Made by a program: the position numbers and the translations under genes
The notes under the pieces: generated by a model
Told to the model about the DNA's origin: nothing
The model's database searches: none
What the model saw: only the letters and a program-made list of their open reading frames with translations
Source: a virus
Strand: one strand, 5' to 3'
Length of the DNA: 64,000 bases
Virus record (IMG/VR): IMGVR_UViG_3300045988_175328
Coordinates: 64,001-128,000 of that record
In this document: piece by piece, positions 16,044 through 29,300 of the stretch
Layout: every line of letters starts with the position of its first letter
Numbering within the stretch: position 1 is the first letter of the stretch

Positions 16044-16877
16044 ATGGAAAATAAATCTAGCGAGCCAAGATTTGATGAAGTATATGACACATTAACTCAA
16101 AAATATGGGCAAGTCTATGTGTATTCTAAATATAAAGAGTTTCCTATTTTTTATAAGGCACTAACTCGTGCAGAACATTATTCTCTATTCGAACAAACAG
16201 AAATATTAGATGTTCATCGAGAAGATATTATTTGTGCAAAATGTATTGTATATCCATATGATTTAGATATTGGAGAATTACCGTCTGGTCTTGTTTCTGA
16301 TTTAGCGTCTGATGTGATGAAAGTAAGTCTTCTTAATAAAGAAGGCCGAAAAATTGCATACATGATGGCTAAAGAAAAAATGGAGAATGTTGACCGACAA
16401 ATTTCTAATATTATTCATGAAGCTTTTCCTGAATACGATATCGAAGAAATCGATAATTGGAATATGGTCAAGACAATGGATTTCTTATTGCGTAGTGAAT
16501 GGATCTTATATCATTTCAGAGGACGTCCTCCTATTGATTTGCAAGAATTAATTAATAGAACTATTGACGTCGATTTTAAACAAAAAGATCCTCGCGTGCT
16601 TAATGAAGAAGAGATCTACATTAAAGAAACTTTAGCGCAAAAATATCCTGAGCTTACTGGCGAAGAAAAGAAAGTAACTCCTCCTGAGAAAAAAGGAAAA
16701 CCTGTAAAACGTAAGAAAAAAGGAATGTCCGAGGCAGAACTTAGAGCTATGTTCCCAGAGGCATTTACATCAGTAGGTACTGAAGAATCATTTAAAGAAA
16801 TGGCTATGGGTTCTAAAAACCCGCATGAGATGACTCCAAAAGAGTTAGCAGAATTAGCCGGTTTTAATAAAGAGTAA
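16044..16877 (+). CDS. hypothetical protein with a basic C-terminal region (chaperone position)
   Basis: 277-aa ORF with a GGAGG RBS. Contains KKGKPVKRKKKG near the C-terminus. Confidence 0.5.
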   Translation: MENKSSEPRFDEVYDTLTQKYGQVYVYSKYKEFPIFYKALTRAEHYSLFEQTEILDVHREDIICAKCIVYPYDLDIGELPSGLVSDLASDVMKVSLLNKEGRKIAYMMAKEKMENVDRQISNIIHEAFPEYDIEEIDNWNMVKTMDFLLRSEWILYHFRGRPPIDLQELINRTIDVDFKQKDPRVLNEEEIYIKETLAQKYPELTGEEKKVTPPEKKGKPVKRKKKGMSEAELRAMFPEAFTSVGTEESFKEMAMGSKNPHEMTPKELAELAGFNKE

Positions 16878-16881
16878 TTAA

Positions 16882-19800
16882 ATGGCAGATTTATTAGAAA
16901 AACAATCTATGGAAGATATGTTTTTCGAAAATGCTTTGGAGAACGTAGCAGTTGTTGGTGGTATAGCAACTGCTGCGTTTTCTTTGTATAAAAGTGATTT
17001 CGGAAAGCAATTAATCGGACATATTGATCCACTATTCGGAAGAATAAGTGAACGTCTTTCATATATGAATAGACATGGCGATAATCCTTTTACTTTTGAA
17101 GAATTAGGAGTTGGCTTTAAAATGGCTAAGTCTAATTATATCGGGGAAGGATTTGATCCATTAACAAGATCAGCATCACTAGATAATAAAGAAGCAATGA
17201 ATTTAATTCATGAGATAGCTCAAAATCATGACTATTATTCTTTCTCTAGAAATGCTGGTCAAGCAATGTATTACAATTACTTTGAAGAGTCAATGCTCAA
17301 TCAAATGGACAGTATGGGATTCGGTCTTAGTGAAAAAGGTAGAGAAGCATTATCTGTAACGTTTAAAGATAATGCTCACACTTTCATTGATTTTGACAAA
17401 GGACTTCTTAAAACAGAAGGCGAAGCGGCTCTTTCAAATCTTGCGAACGGCAATCTTCCAAGATATCTTTCAGAAGCAGATTCTAAAGCATTACGTGGAT
17501 ATATTGATTCCACAATAAATCAAGACATTCCAGTTGCCTTTAATCCATTTGCTAATTTTGTCTCACAAGATGAAATTCAAAATACATTAATGAGTATGCA
17601 TAAGGATTATAAAGAGCAATGGAAGTCTCAAATAGATGTATTAATTTCTAAAGCTGAAGAAGAAACAAAAACTTCTAATTACCACTACATTACTTTAGGA
17701 GAATACGAAAATTTTGGCCGAGGACTTGAAAGTGACGATAATCAGATTCGCATTAATGTTAAACGAAATGGTGGCGAACAAAATCTAACATTAAATGAAA
17801 TTGCTACTGATTCTATTTTCGATGCTTATAATTTAAAAGATTTACCTATTTCTAAATCTAGATTTGTAAAAGATAGTGCTACTCCTGGAGCAAATAATCC
17901 TGATGATATAATCGATCATTCTTTTACAAAAAGAATGTTAGATGGTGTTAAAAGTTTTGCTAAAAGTACACTTCCATATAAACTAGCTGGTATTGAAGGA
18001 TTTCAGTCATCTTCTCCTCGTGGAATTGAGTCAATAACAAAAGAAGCCTTTCAACCATATATTCAAAAAACATTAGGCAAAACTGACTATGTTAGAATAG
18101 GCCAATCTTTATACCAGAAAGATAGTACTACTGGCGGTTATAAAAAAGTTGAACTTGAAGGAGGATCTTGGTATAAAGGTAATGCTACTAACATAGAGAG
18201 TCAATCTATTGCTATGGGTTATGCTGATCCAAAATCAGCAGAACGAACTAATTGGAAATCTAGAGGTGAATCTCCGCATAGAAGACATACGACTCTTCAT
18301 GGAAATAATATCGATATACTTAGAAATGCTGATTTAAGTAAAATGACGAATGAAGATTTATCTTATCGGATATTCTCTTTAAAAAATCATTTAGATATTG
18401 TTGACCATGATATTGATACCCAGACATTCCGTAAGATGGTTAATGGAGTCCTTGACCAATTTGGAGATCAACTCTCTCCAGAGCATAATCATTATCTAAC
18501 AGGACTTGTTAATTTACTTTCAACTGGTTCTCCTGAAGAGTTAAGAACTGGACTTAACGGTATATCTAGTATACTTCCGAGAAATTCATCTTCTATTATT
18601 AAGCCGACAAAAGAATTTAATAATCTTTTAGAGAGAACTAAAAAAGGAGAATATTTAGGAACTAAAATAGTTGAAGATGCTATCGGTGTTACCGAAAAAG
18701 GCAATGAGAGAATAAAGGGCCCGCTTGAAAAAACTCAAAGTTTAATAAAAGAAGAAATAATTAATAGCATTCTTCAAGGGAATATATCTTTAGGGCCACA
18801 ATATTCTGGCAGAGTAACTGATCCTGATTCTTTTAGGGCTCTTCTTCATCATTTAACATTTAATATCAATGACGGATTTAACATAGGTAAGGGTGATGCC
18901 GAAAAAATAAGCAGATTGGCTTCAACAGTATTTATTAAAAACTTTGATCAACTTCCTGAAATTATTTCTGAAGGTTCTGCTTTAAAATTAGCAGGAGGAC
19001 CGAGAGCTCTTGCTGAAAAGGTTCAAAAACTTTTAAATGGTAGCCCTACACTAAATGAATCATTAGCATATTCTATGGGGACAGGCGTTGATCGTAAAGT
19101 TCTTTTTGAATCTACAAAAGTAAAACAAGACTATGTGTATCAAAAGAACACAACACCATTTCAAAAATTAGCTGATCTTAGTCCAGATAAAATTGCTGAT
19201 TATATTTTAGGCGGCGGATTATTTGATACTGCGAAATCAATATTTGCTGGCTCAACTTTTGATCTAAGTAAATCTGCTAAATATTTAAAACATGTAAATC
19301 TTGAAGAAATTGCTCCAGATTTTAAAACAGGAAATTCTTTATCTGAAATGAATTCTGTTGGAGCGTATGCGTATCGAATTGCTAATCGAATTAATGACCA
19401 ATTAAATGAAACTTCATTATCTACTTTTTTTGGCGTTATTAATGAGAACTTCTCAGACTGGGCTTCTAAGTATATTAATCTTAGAGTACCATTAGGGTTA
19501 CATAGAGCTGATGCGACAACAACATTAGGTATTACAAAAAATCTAATGTTAAAAAGATTACTTCCTGCTAGTATTCTTTTGTCTCAAGCTGAATGGGCCG
19601 ATGATACATTTGATATTAATGAAAATTTTCAAACTGGCTTAGCGAATATGGATCTTGGATTTAGACGTATTGTCGATGGATTAGGTATGACTAATTTTAT
19701 GAAACGACATAAAATGTTAAATCCATTAGCAGAATATATTTCTGGAGATTATACATTATTCCAGAGTTATAATGAACGTTTGGACTATTATCAGAATGGA

Positions 19801-22800
19801 TATGATCCAATTCGATCTGGTCGATATTGGGTATGGGGTTCTACAAATGAATTCAGAGGTTCTTCTGTTTCATATTGGGAGCCGAATAGCTTAAGACTTG
19901 CGACATCTGATTACAAGATGAAGTCTATATATGGTAGCTATTGGAATAAATATTTACATTCACCAATACCAACATTAACAAATCCATTGTCACCATTATT
20001 CTATTTAGCTAATCCATATTGGGTTGAAGAGCAACATTCTGAAGATAGACCATATTTAAAATCAGGCCCGTTATTTGAAAAGAACTCTTTGCAAGGCGCA
20101 TTGTTTAATTGGAATATTGGAGAATTAATTAAACCTGAACGAAGCTACCATGATGACAGAATGTGGTTCGGTCGAGACGTATATGCTGTCATGTATAATA
20201 TGCGACAACAAGAAATGGAAAAACGTGACGATAATCGATACATCATTTTCCAAAATGGTCGCTTAGGCATATATGATTTTAATTCATTCCAAAATCCAAA
20301 CATGCAAGAGTCTATTAATAATGAAGATGCTGAAGAGTATAGAGAGCAAGCTTCTCCTGTATTCACAAGCGCAGCTGATTATTCAAATGCATTAAGTTCT
20401 GATGGTTCATTAGATACTGATGAATATCAATCATTAGCTAGTGGATCTACTTCTGGCGCAGGTGGTTTTGGTATTCGAAGTGCAATTACTTCTATGAATA
20501 AAAGTGTCGCAGGCGAATATATTCAACAACGAATCAGAAGAAATAATAGCACAAAAACTGTTCATGAATTATTAGAGAATGCTGGATATTATAATGATAT
20601 AATGAACTCTAATGCAGACTCTATTGTAAATCAATCTATTAATGCTGTTCGTGCAGTATCTGGTATTTATGGATATGCTGGTGTTAAATTCTTCGGAGAA
20701 AATGAAAAGACAAGAATAGCTGATGCTGGAGACATTACTTCATTCGCAAGATCTTTCTGGGATATGGGATTTGGCGGATTAGGCTCCGAAGGGGCCGAAA
20801 TTGCCCGTCGTTTCATTCCTGAGTTTTCAAGACGTCATAGAATTAATCCATTAATGAATGAGCTTGCTGAAAAACATCCTTGGCTACCTGAAAAATTCTT
20901 CCGAGGAGATCCATATGCAAGTATGCCTATGGGAGAGGCAAGGCTGCCAGGTACCGGATATGAAGCTTTAAATCAGTTACATCCTGATCAGTTTGGACAA
21001 TATGGTGTTATTGATCGATATAAGATCTTAGCAGATATTGCGCCTAATTCTGAAGAATATAAATATTATAAGACCTTAATTAAGATGCTTGAGGATCCAG
21101 AGGCTAAGAAAATATATAATGATACCGAAGAGAGAATTAAGCATCAAAATAAAAGATACGATTTCTTCAATTATAAGTTTTTAGGCAAAACGACTAAAGG
21201 TGAAGAAGTCGGTATTGAAAGTATTCAAAGCAATGGTAAATTTACTATTGTTGGTGACGATAAGTTATATCAAATAGCCGGCGTTAAATTTAATACTCAA
21301 GGCGAAGAATCTAAAAAAATTCTTCAAGAAATATTAAATGAAGGCTCTAAGGTAATGATGTATACCGATGATATAGAAATATCTGAAAATAATAAAGTAA
21401 ATGCTCCAATAAAAGCAGCATTATTTTTAGATGGTCAAAATATCTCGGAGATGCTTATCGACCACGGACTTGCTCAGTACGATAGAGAAGATTCTTCAGC
21501 TGCTGGAGCAAAGGCTAATTATAATCCACTTTCAAGAGCACTAGGTACTGGATTTGAGTTCTTAACACATTTAAATATACCTATTATTCATTCTCAATTT
21601 TTAAGAATCAACTCTTCTTTAGAGTCTTACGAACAGAATCAAATATATGGTTCTGGATTTGAATCTTGGGATCATCCTATTGATAGTATGATTATGCCTT
21701 CGGTCTACCAAGGAAAAACTGGTTTATTCCTTGATTTCTTAGGAGAATCAGCTTATCGTTATCATAATGCTATTGAAGATGGATTTATTTCTGCATCAAA
21801 AACTGGCCGAAGATTTGCTAAGCATGCATATCGATATTTAGATAGACCAACATTGATTGGGCATATTTTTAGTAGGTTTGCATACTCTGGAGAAAATCGA
21901 GAGCATTATGCGAATGCAACAACTGCATTAACCAGATATGCCGGTAATGCATTTTCATTGTATACTTCTTTACAAGATCCATTTTATGCTGCTTTTGCGT
22001 GGGGAAGATTTGGATATGATACGTCAGCATTCTTCAATCCATTTGAAAAATTAATTGTTGGTACAAATGAAGATTGGGAAAATAAAATTTTCTCTTATCA
22101 AAAATTGTCTGATCAGTTCTTTAGAGATTACGACGAGACATTAAGAACTTCTATTGCATTTACAGAAGCAAGACCTATTGTTAATACATTAACAGATGAT
22201 TTATATCGTGGAGCATATGAATTAAGTTCTGATATTAATACTCCTGGTTTAATAAAAAATACTTTAGATACTCTTCTTCACACAAGACCCTCAAGAATAG
22301 TTACAGGTTTGGCTTCTGCAGGTATTGGTGTTGCTTTATCTATTGCAAATTACAATTCAGTAACAGAAACGTTTGGTCAAGATTCTATATTTATCCCTGA
22401 TCATGTTAAAGAACGATGGGATGTCGAAGAATATTTTGATCGGTTAAGATATATTAAATATATGTCATTATATGCTCAAGCTGCAAAAATAGCTATTAAT
22501 GAAGAAGATACAGATGTAGCTGCTTTATATCGACATCAAGATTATGTCCGCGAACATGAAAGTGACGATATATCATTATCTAATATGATCGCATCTGTTC
22601 TTGTTTCTGGTTCTCCGATTGAGGATGGCATATCTCAATTCAAACGATTTATGTTCGGGACAATGAATGAAGATATGACAGTTTTATCGGCTGATAAATT
22701 TACAGAACTTGCTATTATGTATAAGCAAGCTGCCGAGAATACTATTTATGGATTAACAGAAGATTCTGAATATTCAGATATCATTAGAGCATTACCAGAT

Positions 22801-23310
22801 TATGAAAAGGAATTTTTCGAAGATTTCTCTGGAGTTCTTGATGAAGAAGAGCGAGATAAAATACTTAGAGAAGTTTCTCCTTCTTTAAAAAAAGCATTAA
22901 AGCTTGTTTGGTATGGAGAGCTTGAAGATCAAATGCCAAATGAATTATATTTCTCGACTCATAATTTGCCATCTGTATTCTGGGAGGGTTGGCAAGCCGA
23001 TAAAGATATGTCAGATATTAGAGCTAAAGTTATTTACAACGAAGGTCTTAGCTATGCAGATTATGGCATTTTTGCATCTAAATATGAAGAACCAAATGTT
23101 CAAGACGCTCCAAATATTGATGACATAAAAGATTCTGACGACCCAATTACCGTAAAGGCTAAACTAGGTATTTTAATGAAAGGATACAATTTATCTTCTG
23201 ATGATGTCGACGTCTATAAGACATCTGATCCAAGTACCCTTTCAGTCATTCAAGATACAGTTTCTGTATTAGGATATAAGATAGAAACTGCATTAAGCAA
23301 AGTTTTTTAA
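16882..23310 (+). CDS. giant virion-module protein (2142 aa), function unknown; N-terminal hydrophobic helix and an internal degenerate SNase/OB-like segment
   Basis: Uninterrupted ORF. NVAVVGGIATAAFSLY lies near the N-terminus. The segment FTIVGDDKLYQIAGVKFNTQGEE...KAALFLDGQNISEMLIDHGLAQ resembles the thermonuclease fold pattern but lacks clear catalytic motifs. Confidence 0.6.
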   Translation: MADLLEKQSMEDMFFENALENVAVVGGIATAAFSLYKSDFGKQLIGHIDPLFGRISERLSYMNRHGDNPFTFEELGVGFKMAKSNYIGEGFDPLTRSASLDNKEAMNLIHEIAQNHDYYSFSRNAGQAMYYNYFEESMLNQMDSMGFGLSEKGREALSVTFKDNAHTFIDFDKGLLKTEGEAALSNLANGNLPRYLSEADSKALRGYIDSTINQDIPVAFNPFANFVSQDEIQNTLMSMHKDYKEQWKSQIDVLISKAEEETKTSNYHYITLGEYENFGRGLESDDNQIRINVKRNGGEQNLTLNEIATDSIFDAYNLKDLPISKSRFVKDSATPGANNPDDIIDHSFTKRMLDGVKSFAKSTLPYKLAGIEGFQSSSPRGIESITKEAFQPYIQKTLGKTDYVRIGQSLYQKDSTTGGYKKVELEGGSWYKGNATNIESQSIAMGYADPKSAERTNWKSRGESPHRRHTTLHGNNIDILRNADLSKMTNEDLSYRIFSLKNHLDIVDHDIDTQTFRKMVNGVLDQFGDQLSPEHNHYLTGLVNLLSTGSPEELRTGLNGISSILPRNSSSIIKPTKEFNNLLERTKKGEYLGTKIVEDAIGVTEKGNERIKGPLEKTQSLIKEEIINSILQGNISLGPQYSGRVTDPDSFRALLHHLTFNINDGFNIGKGDAEKISRLASTVFIKNFDQLPEIISEGSALKLAGGPRALAEKVQKLLNGSPTLNESLAYSMGTGVDRKVLFESTKVKQDYVYQKNTTPFQKLADLSPDKIADYILGGGLFDTAKSIFAGSTFDLSKSAKYLKHVNLEEIAPDFKTGNSLSEMNSVGAYAYRIANRINDQLNETSLSTFFGVINENFSDWASKYINLRVPLGLHRADATTTLGITKNLMLKRLLPASILLSQAEWADDTFDINENFQTGLANMDLGFRRIVDGLGMTNFMKRHKMLNPLAEYISGDYTLFQSYNERLDYYQNGYDPIRSGRYWVWGSTNEFRGSSVSYWEPNSLRLATSDYKMKSIYGSYWNKYLHSPIPTLTNPLSPLFYLANPYWVEEQHSEDRPYLKSGPLFEKNSLQGALFNWNIGELIKPERSYHDDRMWFGRDVYAVMYNMRQQEMEKRDDNRYIIFQNGRLGIYDFNSFQNPNMQESINNEDAEEYREQASPVFTSAADYSNALSSDGSLDTDEYQSLASGSTSGAGGFGIRSAITSMNKSVAGEYIQQRIRRNNSTKTVHELLENAGYYNDIMNSNADSIVNQSINAVRAVSGIYGYAGVKFFGENEKTRIADAGDITSFARSFWDMGFGGLGSEGAEIARRFIPEFSRRHRINPLMNELAEKHPWLPEKFFRGDPYASMPMGEARLPGTGYEALNQLHPDQFGQYGVIDRYKILADIAPNSEEYKYYKTLIKMLEDPEAKKIYNDTEERIKHQNKRYDFFNYKFLGKTTKGEEVGIESIQSNGKFTIVGDDKLYQIAGVKFNTQGEESKKILQEILNEGSKVMMYTDDIEISENNKVNAPIKAALFLDGQNISEMLIDHGLAQYDREDSSAAGAKANYNPLSRALGTGFEFLTHLNIPIIHSQFLRINSSLESYEQNQIYGSGFESWDHPIDSMIMPSVYQGKTGLFLDFLGESAYRYHNAIEDGFISASKTGRRFAKHAYRYLDRPTLIGHIFSRFAYSGENREHYANATTALTRYAGNAFSLYTSLQDPFYAAFAWGRFGYDTSAFFNPFEKLIVGTNEDWENKIFSYQKLSDQFFRDYDETLRTSIAFTEARPIVNTLTDDLYRGAYELSSDINTPGLIKNTLDTLLHTRPSRIVTGLASAGIGVALSIANYNSVTETFGQDSIFIPDHVKERWDVEEYFDRLRYIKYMSLYAQAAKIAINEEDTDVAALYRHQDYVREHESDDISLSNMIASVLVSGSPIEDGISQFKRFMFGTMNEDMTVLSADKFTELAIMYKQAAENTIYGLTEDSEYSDIIRALPDYEKEFFEDFSGVLDEEERDKILREVSPSLKKALKLVWYGELEDQMPNELYFSTHNLPSVFWEGWQADKDMSDIRAKVIYNEGLSYADYGIFASKYEEPNVQDAPNIDDIKDSDDPITVKAKLGILMKGYNLSSDDVDVYKTSDPSTLSVIQDTVSVLGYKIETALSKVF

Positions 23311-23322
23311 AGGAAATAATTA

Positions 23323-26300
23323 ATGGCGACAAGCAATATTATCCTTAGAGGGAGAAATAATCATTTTGATCCATCAGGTATTTTTAGACAAGACTACAAG
23401 CTTTATCTTAGTTACGTAAAAACAATTCATAACTATATTGAAGAGAATAATAATGCAACTGGATTAACAGGTAGGCCTACAGAGTTTTTAGACCATAAAG
23501 GCAATCATGTAAAAATTAATGATGTTAATGAAACTATTAATATCTACGATCATAGACTTTCTGGAACAAATGACGCAAAATTAGTTAAAAGCATGTTTCA
23601 GAATAATCTATTCGAAAGAATGGCGACTGAGAATACTACTGTATATGATATTGAAACTCTCGTTCCTTTAGTTGGAAAAACAGGTGAATTATTCCAAGAT
23701 TCAATTTACCAATATTCGTCTCAGAATATAATCGACGGCGAAGTTGTTGCCGGAAAAAATTATTATCTTGGGTTAAATCAAAAGCAAGTAGAATTTTTAA
23801 AAAAATATTATCAGAATTTTGATGCGAATTTAACTAAAGATAAAGCTGCTTTATCTTCATATAAAAGTATAATACGTGCAGGTCTATATAAAGACGATCT
23901 TCTTGCTGGGAAAGCTCTTGGCGCAATTCCAACAGAGCTTCTTAACCCAATTGGCAAAAACCAAATTAAAGAATCTAAAGAAGCTTTTATAAAAGGGTTA
24001 AATGCTCTTTATGAGTTACATAATCAAAATCAAAAATTAAGTGGGGAAATTACTCTTTTAGATGGTTCAAAGAAAACTGTTCAGGGGAATACATATATAC
24101 TTCATCAAATTTTTGATGACCTTTTGTCTAATAATTTAAGAACTGCATATAATGGCTACAATTTTGATGAAAGAAAAATGTATGAGATTGCTCATCTTAA
24201 TGGAGATTCTGCATTAATTCAAAAAGCAGAAAAGTTGATGGCCACACAAAGCCAACGATTCTTTGATATTCAACCTGCTATCAGGTTGTTTAAAGAATTG
24301 GGATTAGGATCTGAGTTTAAAGCGTTAGGTATCGATAATCCATATGCGAAAGAAGGTCCGAATGGATCTATTTTACCTACAGCTAGAAATACACAATTAG
24401 GAACGATGGTCAATTATCTTCCTGAGCATGTAAGAAAAAGCCTTGGCCTAATGAATGCCGATGCATTCCATGATGCAACTGTCGATACATTTGCATATGC
24501 CAATGTGTTAAATTATAATTCTAAACGGTTCTCTGATATGGTTAGAACATTGCATGACCAAATTCAGAATCAAGAAAATACAATGATTCCCAATAGACAA
24601 GTATCATTCTCTAGCAATGCATCACTCGATTCTTATCATTTGATGAGAGTTAATCGTTCGATGTACAATGATAATATGCCTATGATGATCGTAAATGCTA
24701 ATGAAGAAAACTCTCTTCATGTACAAAAATTAGGACATACATTTAAATTTAATACAGCCAATCCAGATAAGCCAGGATATTTTGCAACAAATGAATCATT
24801 AGCAGGTATCTTACGAAAAGGTATGAATATTGCTATCGGCGAAAATGTAAGAAGTTTTAATGTAGATGATACGATTAAAGAGCAATTCTATAATGCAACT
24901 GGTCATATGCTTGCTGAAGATGAACTTGTGATGGTTCCTTTTAAAATCCATGATACAAAAGGATTTTATGGTAATCAATATATCGTTTTGCCGAAAGGTC
25001 AAATGTCTGAAGTCTTGCAAAGAATGGGTACATTTTTTGGAGGTGCTCAACTTGATGACTCTGGAAAAATTGTTCAAACATCAAATGTAACAAGAGATGG
25101 TGTTAATTCAATGTTTGAGCAAATAGGATCTCTTAAAAAGTATCAGACTGGCACTGCTCAACAAGCTGTAGAAAATTATCTTAAAGACAGCACTAAGTAT
25201 CAATTGAATAATTATCTTTTCCAACAATTAGATAAAACTGATATCAATAGAGCTAAAATTATGAAGGATCTTGCTAGAATAAAAGATGACAAAGTACGGA
25301 AACTTTATCTTCAAATATCGCAAGAAATGATCAATAACAATATCGATAAAGATCAAGCTTTAGAATCTATTGCTAGAATTAATGGTGTTACAAGTAAAGA
25401 TCCTTTGTATTTAAAAGCTCATAGTTTTATCGGTACTCTTCAAGAGCAACAAAATATTTATTTTTCTGGTAATCGTGCAGCTAATTCTGGCACACCATTG
25501 TTTAGATCAGCTGCTTGGTCTACGCATGAGTTATTAGAACGAACAGATAATAAACTTATCGATACATTCGCTTCTACTTTCTTAGACGTTGCTGCTAAGC
25601 ATGGATATCAAAATTCAAAAGGAGAATTTTTCTTTAACAGCGATTCTAATGTAATTGCTGGAAAATTAGTAAATGTTCTTTTTCAAGAAATGAGAAGAAA
25701 TAATCAGACATTAAAGACTTCTATTTTAAGTCTTTCTCCCGATGAATTAAAAAAATTCTTTTACGATAAAATTACTCCACAAAATGGGTTAGACCTTAAT
25801 GCAAGAAACACAGAAGAAACAGCATCAAAAATTCTTTCTTTTGCGACACGAGCAGCTAAGGGCTCTCGTGGATCAGATAATATTCCAGCGAATCAAATAA
25901 AAAATGTTTTATACGATATCGCTAAGTTCATGAAAAACAATAAGATTATCGATTCTAATAAAGATAACTTATTATATAATATGAAAGATATTGTCGATAA
26001 TCGTTTAGATACGCCTGAGTTAATATCTGAATATATTGCAAAAGATTTAGCAAGTTCTTTTGAAAGACAATATTCTAAGGGTAAATTACCTGATTGGTAT
26101 AATAGTACTTTTGTAAATTATCGTGGTGGTAAAGTAACTCTGGGCGAGAATACTCTTGGGAACTTTAGAAGAATGGCCTCCAAAATAACTGGCGATTTCG
26201 TATATAATCCAAAAGATTCTAGAAAAATATTAAAAGATTTCATGATGTCTGACGCGATAAAAGATCAATTAGCTAGATACTATGATGATAAAGAGCTAGG

Positions 26301-29300
26301 TCATTTTATTGCGAATTCTGCGAATGAAACAATCACTAATTTAGCAGATACTATTATCGATAACTTAGATTTAGCTAATATGACAATTCATTCTTCTCAT
26401 GGTGTAGTCCTTGAGGATTCAGTTGGCCGAAAATTTAATTTAACTAATTCTATCCCAATGGTTGTTTTTGAAGAAGGCGTTCCCTATATAAAAGTTGGCG
26501 GAAATACTTATAGCATTAGTTTGGCAACTCGATATTTAGAATCTCGTGATTTTGAAGGCAAGAAAACTTCTGGATATATTTCACTTGGTGTTGAACAGCT
26601 TGAGCCATATAATGAAATAGCTGCTAGGATATCTAAAACAAAAGTTAATAAATTTGGTTCACTTTCTGCTGTTCAATTAGGATTAAATTCTGTTACTAGA
26701 GAGATATATGAGAATACAACTTTTAACAGTCCTAATAATAGAAAATCTAATGCCGGAAGTTATAATTTTGTAGCAAAGAGTGCTAGATCTTCTGGGTCAA
26801 TGTATACAACTACGAATATAGGATTTAAGCCTATTCTAAAAGATCTTGTTCCTGTGTTTAATGATCTTATTGACAATAAAGTTGTAAGTGAATCTTTCAT
26901 TACGGATCATCTTATTAACTCTACAGGATCTACTGATTCTGCAGAAGCGCTCGAAAAACTTGGATTTGTACCTAAAGATCCAAATATGAGAGGAGCATCT
27001 GGTACCAATTATCTTGAAATGATCTTTAACAAAGATCAGTCTCAATATCCTGCAAATCAAAGAGCTATTCAAGAATTTTTCTCTAAACCTTTTGAAAATC
27101 CTGTACTACTTTCTAATGGAAAACAAGCAAATAATTTTGGAGAATTAATTCTTTTAAATTCTTCGGCTACAGGAGCTCATCGTTATACTATAGATGCCAA
27201 TAAAGATCCTATTTTCATTATAGAAAAACAGCAAGTTGATGTTCCCTATAGTTCTTTAGCTAAAGGATTTTATAGTACTGAAGCAAGAAAATCTTCTTTT
27301 GGTCAAATCTCTTTTACTTTATCTGCATCTAATTCAAATAAACAAGTTGGTCCAGGTTCAGATGTTGCATCTAGTCGTTATATCCAGAATCATTTACAAC
27401 AAATGTCAACGATAATGCCTGAGTATATTGATCAAATTAGCGACTTAACTGGTCTTGATTACGGAAGTTTAAAAGATCAGCCAACATTAAGAAGATTTGA
27501 TGACAGATCTGTAGAACATTCAGTAAATGCTAATATGCTGATTTCTTCTCACTATGAAGACATTTCTACATTAGAAAAAGAGATTAGTAGCTCTACAGAT
27601 ACAGTGTTAGAAAAATATGATTTAATGTCTGGCAAAAGTCTCAGCTTCTACAATGATGCGCCTGATAATTTAAAAAATAAAATTCATGGACATCTTAGAA
27701 ATGTAGCAGAAGGATCTGCATCTGTTGCTCAAGAACTTGCTGATATTCACCATATGACAGAAACGTCTGCTGGTGTACAAATGATTAAATTAAATGAGAC
27801 TAGCATTAATGATAAATATATAAAAAATATAATGCCGGTTTTCTTTAATCATGAAACAGGCCAGTACGAAGCATTAGAAGAAGCGAAGCTTGCATATTTT
27901 AAGGATCTTAACGTTATTGCAAAAAGAGATTCTAGAAGTAATAGCGATATTTTCTATGATAAATCTAAAGGCGATGCTTTTGGCAAGGTAGTCTTTAAAG
28001 ATAGCAATACAGGCAAACTTTTAACTCCTAAAGAAATTGCAGAAATATTAAATAAATCTTTAAATGAAAAAGTAGGCGTCGTAGATTTTGACGACATTAC
28101 TCATATATTTAAAGAATTGATTCATCAAAATATATACAGCTACTTTAATGCTAAATCTGTCGGAAGTCAAACAACAATGAAACTTGTAGCCGATAGTACA
28201 AAACATGTTGCTTCCACAATGGGCATGGGCATCGGAACTGTTTTCAATGGTGTTGCCGATATTTTTGAAAGAAATAACTTTGGTCATTATGTTGGCGAAC
28301 TCATGGATTTTGATGCTATGAAACTTCTTCTTCATGGCGATATTGACGTAGCTACTAAAGTATTCGCTTCAGAAGCAGTTAAAAACGGTCGATTCGTTCC
28401 GAGAAGATTTTCTGGAAAACGTCTTTATAAAGTATTAGAAGACGTAAAAATAAAAAATGCTTTAAGTACTAATGCCAAAGGGTTTAAAAATTATGTCGAT
28501 AAAGCATTACCGAATTTTTTAATCGATATTAAAGACAAAAATGGAAATGTAACGCATCAAGAAAAATTAGTCGACTTAAAAGCAAACGCTAGAAAAAATA
28601 TGAGAAAGCGGATGTTCGGCAATGAAAATATTGGTAAAGACTTAAAGTATCTAGATGATTTTGTTAAATACCAAAAAGTCCAAGACTATATGGCAATGGA
28701 GCAAAGTCTTACGCATCAGTTAAGAGCTATTAATGTTTTAAAGACTAACATAAATGACGGCATATCATTCATGAATCGGAATAACGATATCTACAAAGAA
28801 ATCGGATCCATGAATTTAAAAGATGTAAAAGATCTTGCTTCTAAAATACGAACTGATGTTAATTTGCAACAAACACATCCTCACATGTATGAGTTCTTGC
28901 GGAAACATTCAGTTCAAGATCTTGAAAATCTTTTCCATTCATTTAAGAATATAGAACAATTAAATGCTCAAAACCCATTGCTATATAATATATTAAAGAA
29001 TAGTCCAGAAGATTTAGATAAATATATTGGCAATATTAAAGGTGTCATGTATGGCTTTGAAAAAGCGACAGCAGGGACACCTAGAATTGGGAATATCGCT
29101 CAAACTTCTAACTTAGTTAATTCAGCAACAGATTTAAATGAGATGAAAGAAGTTGGTGTTAGAATCAGCAAATTCTTTGATCGCATCAAAAAAGCTGTTT
29201 CTAATCCTCAAGGGAAAAATCAAAAAGCTGGTGAATTAGATAGATTCTTCTTTGGTGAATTAAAAGTAAAAGATTCTGACGGAAAATTTAAAACTTTTTT

